The translations under genes and the position numbers were made by a program. The notes beneath the pieces were generated by a model, which made no database searches, had not been told where the DNA came from, and saw only the letters and a program-made list of their open reading frames with translations. Below, piece by piece: positions 12,802 to 26,240 of a stretch of DNA of 64,000 bases. How positions within the stretch are numbered: the stretch's first letter is position 1; every line of letters starts with the position of its first letter. Source of the stretch: Octopus sinensis (Eukaryota); contig NC_043008.1 in the NCBI RefSeq assembly GCF_006345805.1, forward strand, positions 16,554,001-16,618,000, written 5' to 3'.

Positions 12802-14094
12802 ATATATATATACACATGCATATATACATATGTCTTTGTGTATGTGTGTGCGTGTTTGTGTGGATATGTTTGCATGTATATATAGATATATGTTTATATA
12901 TCAATTGGTGAGATCTGTGAAGTGGGTAAATAACTATTTATTAGGTTACAGCTGTTTCATAACCATGACAGTTAATGTATATGTGTGAGCGTGTGAGTCT
13001 ACTTACGGCCAGAAAGCGGATATACAAATATATATATATATATGTGTGTATGTGTGTGTGTTTGTGTATGTGTGTGTGCTTGTGTGTATGTGAGTGTGTG
13101 TGTTTGTCTGTGTTTGTGTATGTGCGTTTGTATGTATGTATGTATATGACTACACACATACATACAGCCCGGAGATATTATCATTGGATAGAGAAGTTAA
13201 GACTAATTACCTGAAGTAATGTTGAGATTGCTACGTTGCAACTCAGACCTTTGCTCCTACTCAATTCATGCAACTGATATTTACGAATGGTCACTTATTA
13301 GACAGAAAATGGGTCAATTGAAAAATAATGTCAAAATAATACGAAATGATGTATATATAAATTAAATTAGAGACGTATTGATTATATAGACTGTGAAAAT
13401 GACAGTTGTAACGTGTTTATGGTTAATCCAACTATTTAACAAGATTATTCAACGATAGAAGCGCATATACCAACAGGCATATATATATATATGTGTGTAT
13501 GAGTGTGTGTGTATTTATATATGTATATATGTATGTATTAATTTTCTTCAGTTTTACTTCAGCACTGTTTGCGATTCGTTTTGTTTTCTTATTTAAGCAA
13601 ACTATAAAGTGAGACAATTTGAGATATATATTTTCTATTTATCACAACTCATTGATAGTTTCGATTGAGTTAATTGCAGTTAAATTTTATTCATTGCTTT
13701 TACGATCAGCTCTTCCCTTCACCTCACTTAATATAAATTATCGATCATATTTTCTCTCTCTCTCTCTCTCTCTGGATACTTTTCTCAAGATAACTTTTAT
13801 ATATTTTCTTATATCATTACCGAGAAGTTCTTATATCACTGCCGAGACGTTCTCAACTTCTCCCATTATTTCTTTCTTCATTTACCTTTCTTAATCTTTC
13901 TCTCAATCTATTTCGCTCTGTCTGTTGCTTAAATAAATTTTTGGTACGATAAATTTCTCTTCGTTTTTCTTAATACTGCTGCCTTCATAAAAACTCATCC
14001 TTGTATATTAATGAAATTAATTTATCATATTTTATTGTAATGGTTGGTATCTAAACTGACTTATTTCAACTATGTCTGTAATTTCCAGAATACC

Positions 14095-14329
14095 TATTTC
14101 TTTACTACCCACAAGGGGCTAAACATAGAGGGGACAAGCAAGGACAGACATAGGTATTAAGTCGATTAAATCGACCCCCAGTGCGTAACTGGTACTTAAT
14201 TTATCGACCCCGAAAGGATGAAGAGCAAAGTCGACCTCGGTGGAAATTGAACTCACAACATAACGACAGACGAAATACCGCTCAGCATTTTGTCCGGCAT
14301 GCATACGGCTGCGCTAGCTCGCCACCTTG
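14095..14329 (-). mobile_element. SINE family A monomer with 13-bp TSD
   Basis: Full head to tail; TTTCCAGAATACC duplicated at 14082-14094 and 14330-14342. Confidence 0.9.
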
Positions 14330-15129
14330 TTTCCAGAATACCGTTTAGCATCCTTCGTTATATTTCAACTTGAAGTTATATTTCTTTTACAGTCTAAAAG
14401 GTTGTTTTTCCAGCTTTGTTCTGTCTTTCAAAAATATTGTTTCTCCAGCTTTGTCTTCTGTCTTTCCTTATATGTATATTTCCTAACGGCACTCAATCAC
14501 GGTACACTGTTTATATCAATTCGAACTAAATATACAACGTTGATATCTGGCATGTACTAGACACTACTAAATAAACGAATCAAAACTTTTGTAGCAAGTA
14601 CCGAAACAATATACACCCACTTGTGTTATCCAGGACACCAATAGTGCTTCTAGCATCTGCAGAAATTAACCGCTTCTTGAAACCATATACACAGTGATGT
14701 ACTTCATGGAAGCGTTCTGTCTTTGTTTCTCGAAAATAATAATCGTAGCTTAAAGCAAAATCATTTAACTGTTTCCATTACACACACACACGTACGTACA
14801 TATATATACGCACAAACACAGACACACGCAGAGACACACAAGCACACACACACACACACATATAAGAAACTCTTGTCATTGCGACAAGGCTGATGCCATG
14901 TTAATGGTAATAAAAATCTTTACAAGAGTGTGCAGCTGCTGTATGTTGATTCTCTTTCTGCTGCTTCTCTTCCTGCAGCTGATGCTACCGCGGCTAGAAG
15001 TAGCACGCAAACAGCTATTTCTGTTAGCAAGAACCGGTAGTTCTTGTAGTAAATTAAAATCGGTTTTATAATGGTTTAATAAGTTAGTTTATTCTTATCT
15101 GAATGGAATAATTTGCAATTATAGTTTCT

Positions 15130-15362
15130 TACCAGGGAGGGGCTGGTGGGGTCGACTAAAGAGGTAATTTCTACTCTTCTCCTCTGGAAGCCATCTACTC
15201 GCAATACCAGAAGGCGCACATTCTCCTACCCTGATGTAATCTCCAGGGATACAGGCATCCAGCAACAGAACCTCCGTAATGCCATGATGGACCGTGAAGT
15301 CTGGCGTAGCATGGTAAATTCCATTGTCTCGATCACGGTCGAACAATGATGATGATGATGAT
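15130..15362 (+). mobile_element. 5'-truncated RTE-type LINE 3' end (ORF C-terminus plus (TGA)n tail)
   Basis: Translates KEVISTLLLWKPSTRNTRRRTFSYPDVISRDTG...NAMMDREVWRSMV; the LW.P...R.R...RDTG...M.DR..WR pattern is typical of RTE-clade C-termini; ends in a (TGA)n tail. Confidence 0.7.
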
Positions 15363-16184
15363 AATTGACTCCTTTTAAAATTGCTAGTCGTGCACCTAAA
15401 TTATATGTTATTATTTTAGAGAAAGTAGCAAACCATCGCAGTTAGTGGAGTAATATCTGAAGGTCATAACGATATCAGGTATTACTCCACTTCGCTTTTA
15501 TCAAATTTTATCAGTTTGAATGCAAATCAGGTGAACATTTACATTTATATCAATATTCAGTACCACACTTAATTTATTATCAAGTTTTTAAGAATGGCGA
15601 TACATTTTGTTACGTTCTTCTGAGCTGTTGCTACATCTGCTGAAGTCACCTGTAGAGACGTACGCACTTTCAATCTTTTCTCCATAAGATTGTGAATAAT
15701 TCGCTGCCCAAGTTCCATTCTTGTACTACGATTGAAAGAATTTACTAATACAGACAATCTCTTATGTTTAAATCCTATTCACTGTATTTCTTAGTCTGTG
15801 TCGTGAATTTAACTGAAGCTAACGCTCACTGATCATTAGTTTTTAGTTGAAGCTTATAGTTGGGTTGTTTCGAAAACCAGAATATTAGTTTTAGAATGTT
15901 TCAGTGATAAAGAAAACGAGGTGCTTCTATTTATCATCGAAGCTATACTGTTCCCGAGAGATTCAAATACTTGTTCTGTAGGTTTCCCTATTTGTTACTA
16001 AATTTTGACTAGAAAATGACATTGCGCTTGAGATAAGCATATGCGGCATGTGAGACTGACAGTTATTAGCTCTACTATCTTGGCGATTTTACCCATTTAC
16101 TCACAAAATGCCACAATCTTTTCAAGTAAGTCCAACGATTCTTCAATAATGTGGATATAATTATATCTTTTATCTTTCCTATTC

Positions 16185-16532
16185 TGTTTGTTTCGTCACG
16201 CTGGAGCACCACGTTGAAGGGTTTAATAAACTCAAAAACTTATCGTTATGCAAATCTGGTTCGTATATCTTCGGCCCTTGGCTGAACTGTCATTGGAAAG
16301 GAACCTAAACAAACCAACATCGTTTGGCAAGTGGTGTGATGAAAATTAAAAACATAAAAACATTCACACACATATAAAAGCGGTGGGGTGTCATACAGTT
16401 TCCGCCAGCTAAACCCGCTCACAAGGTTTTGATTGGACTGGAACTATCATAGATAACACTGGCCCATGATATCGGGCAGTCGGACCGAACCCGAGGCGAC
16501 GTGGTCGCGAAGAGAGCTCCTTAACAACACAG
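16185..16532 (-). mobile_element. SINE family B, old diverged full-length copy
   Basis: Retains GCTGGAGCACC, CAGTTTCCG, CTCACAAGG and ACACAGCCA landmarks in family-B order. Confidence 0.6.
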
Positions 16533-17054
16533 CCATTGCTATAGATGTGGCGTAGGCTTCATAGTTAGCACCTTCCACAATCTTCACATAGAAATACAAG
16601 TTCACATTTTCATAAATGTCACCTGCATCTGAGAACAAGAGACGAAAACGAAAATCCTGAGAGGTCATTACAATGAAATCGTTGTTGTAAATAAACGCCA
16701 CGGGAAGACATCTTGAATGATTAAAACTTCAGTTCCATCTTAAAGAATATTATCTGTGCTACATTGTTTCTCTGAGTTAGCGTAACTAGTACGCACGTGA
16801 TGTGACCTCCCCCACCCGTCTCCCTCCCCTCAGAATCTCGCAATGTTAGAAGTTGAAACATAACTCACTATTTGTTTTGATCTAAGTAGGTGTCGCTAGC
16901 TGGCATATATTTCATCGTCTCTGTTCTTGGAAAAACGCATAATAAAAATTGCAAAAGAAAAGAAAACAATTAAAATAAACATGTTTTTTCTTATTTTGTA
17001 CAGGTTTTCGTCCCTTTATTTTTGAAGTTGCTTTACCATGTTTTATCCTTGAAC

Positions 17055-17081
17055 GGTATACATTTATACATACATACAAAC

Positions 17082-17155
<74 letters not shown>

Positions 17156-17262
17156 TATATATATGTATATATATATTATATATATATATATACATATATA
17201 TATGTATATGTATATATATACATATATATACATATATATATACATATATACATAAATATATA

Positions 17263-17293
<31 letters not shown>

Positions 17294-17410
17294 ACATGCA
17301 CATATATATATGCATATATGTGTGTGTGTATCTGTGTATGTAAAGAAAGAGAGAGAGAGAAAGAGAGAGAGAGAAAGAGAAGGAGTGAGTGAGAGAAAGA
17401 GACATATATA
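17055..17410. repeat. compound (TA)n/(TACA)n/(GA)n microsatellite
   Basis: Directly visible. Confidence 0.95.
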
Positions 17411-17804
17411 TATAGACCATATATTATCTCGAACGTTCATTCCTCTTTCAGTGATGTCTTGTGTTACAACTGTACATTTTTGAAAATGGCTGTATTTCCC
17501 ACTGAATTATAATTCATAAACTGAATCAATACATTGGCTTCACCTGTGAATGGCAGCTGGCAGGCAGAGTAGATATTCATATTGATATTTCCAATATTAT
17601 AGTTCCTGTTTCTCCTATTTTGTACGTGTGTGCATCAATAGTTCTACTCCACGCTACACAATAATCATTCCATTACATACCACACTTAAAAATATCTATA
17701 CAATTTCCATTTTTCCTACATGTGCTGTTATCCTTCTCTCATTCTCTCTTGCCCATATTTCTCTTTCCCTGTCACCGTCTGTGCACACACACAATCATTA
17801 ATAT

Positions 17805-17924
17805 TTTTCTTCTTCTTCTTCTTCTTCTTCTTCTTCTTCTTCTTCTTCTTCTTCATCTTATTATTATTATTACTATTATTCTTATTATTATTATTCTTAT
17901 TATTATTCTTAGTAGTAGTAGTAC

Positions 17925-17956
<32 letters not shown>

Positions 17957-17963
17957 TAGTAAT

Positions 17964-18053
<90 letters not shown>

Positions 18054-18062
18054 TTTATTATT
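17805..18062 (+). repeat. trinucleotide cascade (TTC)n-(TTA)n-(TAG)n-(CAG)n-(TAG)n
   Basis: Directly visible. Confidence 0.95.
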
Positions 18063-18068
18063 AGTAAT

Positions 18069-18229
18069 ATTTCATCTGCCGCAACTTTCTGTGTTCAAAT
18101 TCCATCGAGTTCTACTTTGCCTTTCACCCTTTCGGAATTGTTAAATTAAATACCAGTCGAGTACTGGGGTCGATGTAATAGACTATCCTCACCCCACCAA
18201 TTTCAGGCCTTGTGCCTAAAGTAGAAAAG

Positions 18230-18292
<63 letters not shown>

Positions 18293-18300
18293 TTTATTAT
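18069..18300 (+). mobile_element. SINE family A-related relic followed by (TTA)n
   Basis: GTTCAAATTCC...CTTTGCCTTTCA...ACTGGGGTCGATGTAAT...GGCCTTGTGCCTAAAGTAGAAAAG, then (TTA)n at 18231-18300. Confidence 0.7.
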
Positions 18301-18462
18301 TTCTGACTCATTACATTCGCAGTTCACATTCTGCCTAGGTCGACCTTGCCTTTCGTCAAATCGGGCTTGATAAAATACGTAACTGCCGAGCACAGGAGTC
18401 GATGTCATAGACTTACACACCGATCCTTGAAACTGCTGGCCTTGTGCCAAAATTTGAAGCCA
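18301..18462 (+). mobile_element. second family A-related relic
   Basis: GGTCGACCTTGCCTTTC...GTCGATGTCATAGACTT...GGCCTTGTGCCAAAATTTGAA. Confidence 0.6.
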
Positions 18463-19150
18463 TTTTTATCATTAGTATTACATGAATGTATATGTGTTCG
18501 TTTGTTTGCTTGTTTGCGCATAGTCACATACACGCACACACTCAAACTCAAGTCCACATGTATTTGTATGTACATAGCTGTTCAGGTCTGAGCCTTATAT
18601 ATTGATAAATGCCAGAAACTGCGCATAACAAGATGTAAACCCACATAGCAAAGAGACGTCAGTATTATTTGCAATACTCCAGCTCAAATGAACTCCAGAG
18701 CAGGCATTAATATTATTTTATTCAGTTATCCATTTCTTTTTTTCGTCAAATTTTTAGCTTGTCAGAATTACTAATTTGAATAAACATTATGAAAATTAAT
18801 TCGCTTACCAGTATACATGTTTCATTTCGATAAATGTAATTCGTGTTCTCTCTCAAATTTAACTTACTATGACGTAGGAAGCAGGAGGGATTAATTGGCG
18901 TTTTATATTTGTTAAAGTTGTTTAGCGTGAATTAAACATTTGTGTATGGCTTCGTAAATGAAGGATGGTTTTTGTCTCTGCCCTGCTTCTGCACATCTAA
19001 GGATAGTGAGAGAAAGATATGAGGGCTGTGCTTTTAAAAGAGATATGGAACACTTATGGACGTAATACTTGCAAAATATTTGACTATATTAAGATGTCCA
19101 TTTACTAAGTAGTGGTGTTAGATTAGTTGACACCTTATACCTGTAATCAT

Positions 19151-19560
19151 AGGCGTAGGTGTGGTTGTGTGGTAAGAACCTCGGTTCCCAACCGCATGGA
19201 TCTGGGCTCAGACCCACTACGTGGCACCTTGGGCAAATATCTTCTATTATAGCCTATGGTTGACCACGCCCTTGTATTCACAGAGCGACAGAGAGACAGA
19301 GTAAGACAGACAGATAGACAGAGAAAGAGAGAGAGGTTGGGTGTATATGTATGTGCATCTGTACCTGTGTCAGCGCATATCCTCCTACCGATTCGCAACC
19401 GTTGTTTGTATGTTTCGTCCCTGTAACTTAGCCGTCCAGCAAAATTAGAACGATAGAATAAGAAAATAAATACAGGGGTCCATTCATTCGACTAGAAATC
19501 TATCAGGAGGTGCCCCAGCATGGCCACTATTAAATGACTGAAACAGATAAGACAGAAGAT
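19151..19560 (+). mobile_element. SINE family B, diverged full-length copy
   Basis: Head AGGCGTAGGTGTGGTTGTGTGGTAAG...GGCACCTTGGGCAA, internal GA/TG repeat, tail GGTGCCCCAGCATGGCCAC...AAATGACTGAAAC. Confidence 0.8.
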
Positions 19561-20842
19561 AATCCACACGCAACGTGACTTTCCATTTCATTCCCAGTTT
19601 TCAATATAAAAAATTATTATTTCCTGAACTTCATTTTTATTTAAGTGTATTCCCTTTTTCACTCCAGATTAAGAAGAATGTCTTACATTTTTGATTGGCC
19701 ACGAAATGCTTCGATATTTTGTCATTAATTTCAACGCTTCGTCTTTTGTTTTTCTTTGGTTTTTTGCTTTTGCCATGCAAACAATAATTTAATGAAATAT
19801 ATTCGCCTTCATACATTATTTAGATAAGTGAGCTGCTATCTCAAAGCAAATATTCTATTTGACATTAATTGTATCCATTTATCATAATCTTTCATCTTGG
19901 TTATTTTTTTACAGAAGTATTGCATATATTTTCTCCACTTACCGACAACATTCAAGCCAAGAATAATAGGAAGATAAAACAAAAAAAAAACAAATCATAA
20001 GAAAACACAGTCATTTGTGTCGAGTGGACACGTCTAAAAAGCAATATAAGATGGCGTACAAAACGAAGTATCGTAAGCTTGCCTGAGAACTACATTTAAT
20101 CATTTCTATTATGTTTAAAATCGTGAATTAGTTAAAAGTATTGTTTGAGAAAATGGCTGGCTACATAAAACTGGATCACAAGCAACTAAATTCTGCAAGA
20201 TAAAATTGAATGTAAAACTAGGCAATATTACTTAGAGAAAGTTCGACAACCGAAAATAAATGTAATCAAATCAGAAAACACTAATTGATAGTTGATTTGG
20301 TCTAGTTCAATCTTTTTCTTGTCATTCTCAGGTTGTCTTGTCTTGTAGTTTCATTTCCCTGTCTTGTTTTTGTTTGCTTTACTTTACATTCTTTCCGCAT
20401 TCTTTGGCTAGCATTTCTGTTTCTATTAGGATGGATAAATCAATTGGTCTTCCTTATTAGGTAATTCTTTCTTCCACTACTGGCAACCTTTCAATCGTAT
20501 TTTTACTTCCTTGGTTAGTTATTTCCTTCTTGTTTGATTTAAGTGTGAGAATCACAATTAAATAATTGTTTCTCTAATAATGTGGAAAATTATCGCTTTT
20601 CCTGCATGTGAACTAAATTAAATGTTATAATTCCAGATACTTTTGTTCAGCGAATGCTGAATGGGAAGACGTTTGGGAGAGAACACCACTCTAAACACAT
20701 TAAGGGAAAAGGTGGTAAAATTGCATTCCTGTTTATCGATTAAGCCTGAACAAATTCACAGACACTCATAGAAGCAGGTGTACGTTATCATGTGGATATG
20801 TCTTCATGGATCCATATATAAATGTATATTTGTATATAGATG

Positions 20843-21056
20843 TACTATTTTACTTGTTTCAGTCATGTGACTGTGGCCGTGCTGGAGCAGCGCCTTTAGT
20901 CAGTCGAGTAAATCGCCCCCAGGACTTATTTTTGTAAGCCTAGTACTTATTCTATCGGTGTCTTTTGCCGAACCGCTAAGTTACGGGGACGTAAACACGC
21001 CAGCATCGGTTGTCAAGCGATCTTGGGTGGGCCAAACACAGACACACAAAGTTATG

Positions 21057-21109
<53 letters not shown>

Positions 21110-21267
21110 GACGGGTTTGAGTTTCCGTCTACCAAATCAACTCACAAGGCTTTGGTCGGCTTTAGGGTATAGTAGAAGACACTTGCCCAAGATGACACGC
21201 AGTGGGACTGAACCTGGAACCATGTGGTTCGTAAGTGAGCTACTTACCACTCTGCCACTTATTTGCC
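20843..21267 (-). mobile_element. SINE family B, full length with internal (CA)n(TA)n
   Basis: Colinear with the 47.9 and 59.7 kb copies; a short extra head fragment (ACACAGCCACTCCTACGC) lies near 21295-21312. Confidence 0.9.
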
Positions 21268-21383
21268 TCGAATATATATGTACACACACTTACTACACAG
21301 CCACTCCTACGCATATGAATATATATGTACACCCCCCAATACCCTCCACACACACACATATATAAACGTATGTAATATGAATG

Positions 21384-21455
<72 letters not shown>

Positions 21456-24044
21456 TACTTATATCATATATATAAACACAAAGACACTCACAGATATATA
21501 CGTGTGTTTGCATGTGTGTATGTATAAGCATTTAAAGATAAACCAAGACTTCCAGTCCATATTCACATTCTTTGTACATAACTAAATCAGAGACTGACCA
21601 CAAATCCATGAGAGAGATGTAAAGTATATTGAACACTATTGCTATAGTGAGGGAAAGGATATGGGTGTTATTGACTGAGATAACGTCATTTCTGGAGATG
21701 ATATTCGGTCCTAGGTTAGCCATGTTTCAGTATTCCTATGGACTAAGGCTCTTACCACACAACCACAAATGCGCATATTCTGTCTGTTCTCCCCAGAGTG
21801 CGTTGCATAGGTGTATAGTGCGAATGTCTACTATTTGTTGCTTTAACATTAGTGGAGGGCGAACTGGGAGTATTGGTTGTGTTTCTGGTAGAAGAAATTA
21901 AATTTGTCCCAATTAACCTCCACCGGAATTCAAACTCCGCCGAGGTCAATAGGTGCTTCTTTTTTTTGGCATCAAGAAAGTGTCCCTATAAAGAATGACA
22001 GATTATCAGAAACTTAAGAGGGTCGAGTAAGACCCCTTGTATATCTGTTCCGCTCATTCGCTTTCTGATACAAACGCCAATCATGCGTTTGGTGCAGACA
22101 TGTATCGGTCCAGGTCGGCGGGGGGGGGGCTTTCCTCTGGATAACATTGGTGAAACTACCGATGTTCCTCAATAATTCTTCTTCAGGTCTGCACACTTAT
22201 GAATTATTTATTTCTGGGTTCTAGGACGTTCGTGACTTTATCTCCACGACGCATATAGCGTGACAACCAGGCACAGAATTATTATAGAAATGCAACCATA
22301 TTCTTGTTAAGAACAAACAGAACGTTTGCCAATTTAACCAAGCACATCTGTACTTCCAAGAACTGTATACATGCGATAATAAATCACATCCTTGGCAACA
22401 TTATTTTCAAGACTAGCTAAACGAATTTTGAACTATTGGAAAAAAAATTTAAGTGTTTTAATTTTATACATGCTAGAAAATAAAGTATGGTGAGGTCTAG
22501 TGTGCAATCCAAATATTAACCCTTAAATCCTTAAAAATGTTTTAGCCTGAAGGCCGTGGCCATGCTGGGGCACCACCGCTGAACCAAAACCTTAACAGAC
22601 CGTAGTGTATGTGTGTTTATATATATTATATAAGTATATATAAATAAATTTTTACAATCTGTAATGATGATAAACAATAAAGTCAATGTTGGATGCACAT
22701 TTCAGATCAGTATATTGCCTGGTGTATATTGCCTGGTGAATCAATGGTATGCATCCATTATTCTTGACCCACGCTGAACGAGAATAGGAGGGACAGGATT
22801 ACGGTGGTCGTCCTTTGCATTTCTGCATTTTGTTAATGATAAAAATTCCATGATTCTACGCTCCTTTTAGCTAATTATTTCTATAATAAAAGTATTTATA
22901 TTCTCAGATGTTAATTATATGACAAGAAATTTGACCGATGATGAATGAATGTAGATCAACAAGCATTACTGTAAAAGAGAACATGCAAAAATGTTTAGAC
23001 AAATTTGAAGAATTTCAAAGACCAACTACGTCAAGATAAACAGTTTACAGAATATGTGATAAATTTGAGCAGACCGTGTCCTTATGAAATTCACAGATAT
23101 GTAGCTTATCTCTCAGCTTATCACCGAGGAAAACGAAATGCTTGTGAATGAATGATTCCCTCAAAGTCCACAAGAATCAAGAAATAGGCATTTCTTGCAG
23201 ATCCCTCGGTCGATTTATGAATCCTTTAGGTTTAAGAAAAGAAATAGAGCAATAAAAAGAACATTGCATTCATTTTAAGTAACCGTTTATCTAATTTGTC
23301 TCACTGCTGTATATGTGTTATATATATTTTGCTGAAAAGAAAACCCTACTACGACCTAGCAGCATTTGAAATATCAAAGGAGGCGTATCAACTAAAATCT
23401 TTTCGGACAGACACTTTCAAATAATAACTTATAGGGAGGTGAACTTAAAATAAAATCCAGCTTTGATGTATAATTTTGGCTTTAATTGAAATGGATTGAA
23501 AGTGTATGAATCAATGATCGTCGAGTTTTCATCCTGAAGTGAGTTTACTTCTCCACATGATGATCTAAAGCATTTTCTTATTTGCATTTATGTCATGATC
23601 TAAGTGACAACAATTACTTTACTAGGAAACAACAACGTTTAACTTCGTCTGAAATATACTGAATTTTACTCAGTATCAAGTAAGTCAAAAGCAATTTAAA
23701 GGATGATTGTAACATTACCATAACAAATATACACGTATCAACAGTAGAAATCAGATGATCGTTGATCAAATGCTCGTGAAAAATCCAATATTTATATAAT
23801 TATATATTATATTAGATTAATTTAATAAGTGAAGATACTGTAGAAAACAACTTAATTCAGCGTGTTAAAACGTAAGACTAAGAAGTCAGCAAGCGCCTTT
23901 CATCTTTTCTCAGTGTTTTTCAATTTTTTTAGACAATATTAATGTTTAATAAAGAGTGAGATAAATACTGGTCCTAATTGAGATAGACGTTCGCTAAAAT
24001 CAAATGCTGTTCAACTAGAGGAATTCATGCTGTTATTGTTGTTG

Positions 24045-24078
<34 letters not shown>

Positions 24079-24083
24079 GTAAG

Positions 24084-24653
24084 AAGGCAGAATCGTTAGT
24101 ATGCCGGGGGAAACGCTTAGCGGTATTCCGTCTGCTGTTACGTTGTGAGTTCAAATTCTGCCGAGGTCGACTTTGCCTTTCATCCTTTCGGGGTCGATGA
24201 AATAAGTACCAGTTACGCACTGGGGTCGATATAATCGACTTAATCCGTTTGTCTGTCCTTGTTTGTCCTCGCTGTGTTTAGCCCCTTGTGGGTAGTAAAG
24301 AAATAGGTATTTCGTCTGCCGCTACGTTCTGAGTTCAAATTCCGCCGAGGTCGACTTTCCTTTTCATTCATTCGGGGTCGACTAAATAAGTACCAGTTAC
24401 GCATTGCAGTCGATATAATCGACTTAATCTGTTTGTCTGTTCTTGTTTGTCCTCTCTGTGTTTAGCCCCTTGTGGGTTGTAAAGAAATAGTTATTTCGTC
24501 TGTATTTACGTTCTGAGTTCAAATTGGGCCGAGATAGACTCTGCCTTTCATCCTTCTGGTGTCGATAAATTCAGTACCAGTTGCGTACCGGTGTCGATCT
24601 AATCGACAGGCGTCCCACCCTAAAACTTCGGCCCTTGTGCCTAGAGTAGAAAA
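24084..24653 (+). mobile_element. SINE family A trimer (two beta-tail units plus one alpha-tail unit)
   Basis: Body restarts at (G/T)TATTTCGTCTG near 24306 and 24490; the final unit ends CCTTGTGCCTAGAGTAGAAAA. Confidence 0.88.
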
Positions 24654-24979
24654 TATCTTTTGCAGTCAGTTGATTTTTATACAAAATCTCTTTCGATGCT
24701 CCACTTAATGATATGAATCGCTCTGCACCATTTCACGTTCCCCATGTGAATTGCTAGCTTTGAGCTTTTCATTTTCTCTGAGTGTTTAGAAGGGGACTGC
24801 ATGGAATGTAACGACGTCCGATGAACAGTAGTAATATGTCGTGATTTTATATTGCCTAAATTAAAATTATATTTGATAAGGACTCGAACACCAAAACAAA
24901 TTACTAAATATTTGAATAATTTAGAAATTAAAAGAAGTGTTTAATTAAAATATATAACGTATGAATATATCAATGTAAG

Positions 24980-25024
<45 letters not shown>

Positions 25025-25069
25025 GATAGATAGATAGATATATAGATATAGATATGTTTATATATAAAG

Positions 25070-25102
<33 letters not shown>

Positions 25103-25230
25103 CATGTGTATATATGCATGTGTGTCTGAGTATAGATAGATAAATAGATTGATAGATAGGTATGTAGGTAAAGAGATAGAGATGAATAAAGAGATAGATA
25201 GAGAGAGAGAGAGAGACAGATAGATAGACA
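24980..25230. repeat. compound (TA)n/(GATA)n/(GA)n microsatellite
   Basis: Directly visible. Confidence 0.93.
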
Positions 25231-25929
25231 ACTGAATCACGAATATTATTCTTCATAGAGTGTACATATATGTGTCTGACAGAGATCTTTATATTTAATT
25301 GGTTGGTTATATCAATGGCCGTAAGATGAAAGACTCATCCCCGAATTTTGATTACGAATTTTCTTTTACGTTATGCAAGTTTGTGATGCAAGTTTGAAAT
25401 GATATTTTATAGAAGAACTTCAAAAAACTTTTCCATAATTGCTTTAGAGTGACGTTATAAAAGACGAAGTTTGTTAGTATTGAGTGTTTTTTTTAGTTTG
25501 GTCTTTTTTACTTTTAGAATTGTGGCATTTAGAAAAAGAAAATACTTACAGATTAGGCAGTACAAGTTTCACATGCAATAGAATGTGCAGTTAAATGATT
25601 TTTTTTTCGAAAATGAATTGAATGCATGCATACAAAACTAATATACATATACCTATAACTAATATAACAATATAACAATGTGTGTATGTATCTGTGTATG
25701 TATGTGTGGGGGAGGGGTGCGTGTGTGCGTGTGTATACTATACGTCGAAGAGAAGGTATGAACATTTAGCTTTGGCCGAACGACCTGCTCGAATAATTTG
25801 TTTACAGTGATCCAAAGTACATGCCGCATATATACTTCAACACCTGATGTGTGGTACACGGTGCCTCCGTTCAGAAAACATCGAAGAGGAAGGAGTGAGC
25901 TAATGTGCGGCATGTATTTTGGATCACTG

Positions 25930-26240
<311 letters not shown>

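Noticed and set aside
15569-15757. Protein-like minus ORF (…MELGQRIIHNLMEKRLKVRTSLQ…)
   Set aside because: No recognisable family and no convincing acceptor/donor pair; could be chance or a TE relic.
21955-22320. GC-richer unexplained island with a G-run
   Set aside because: No consistent reading frame, repeat match or structure could be established.
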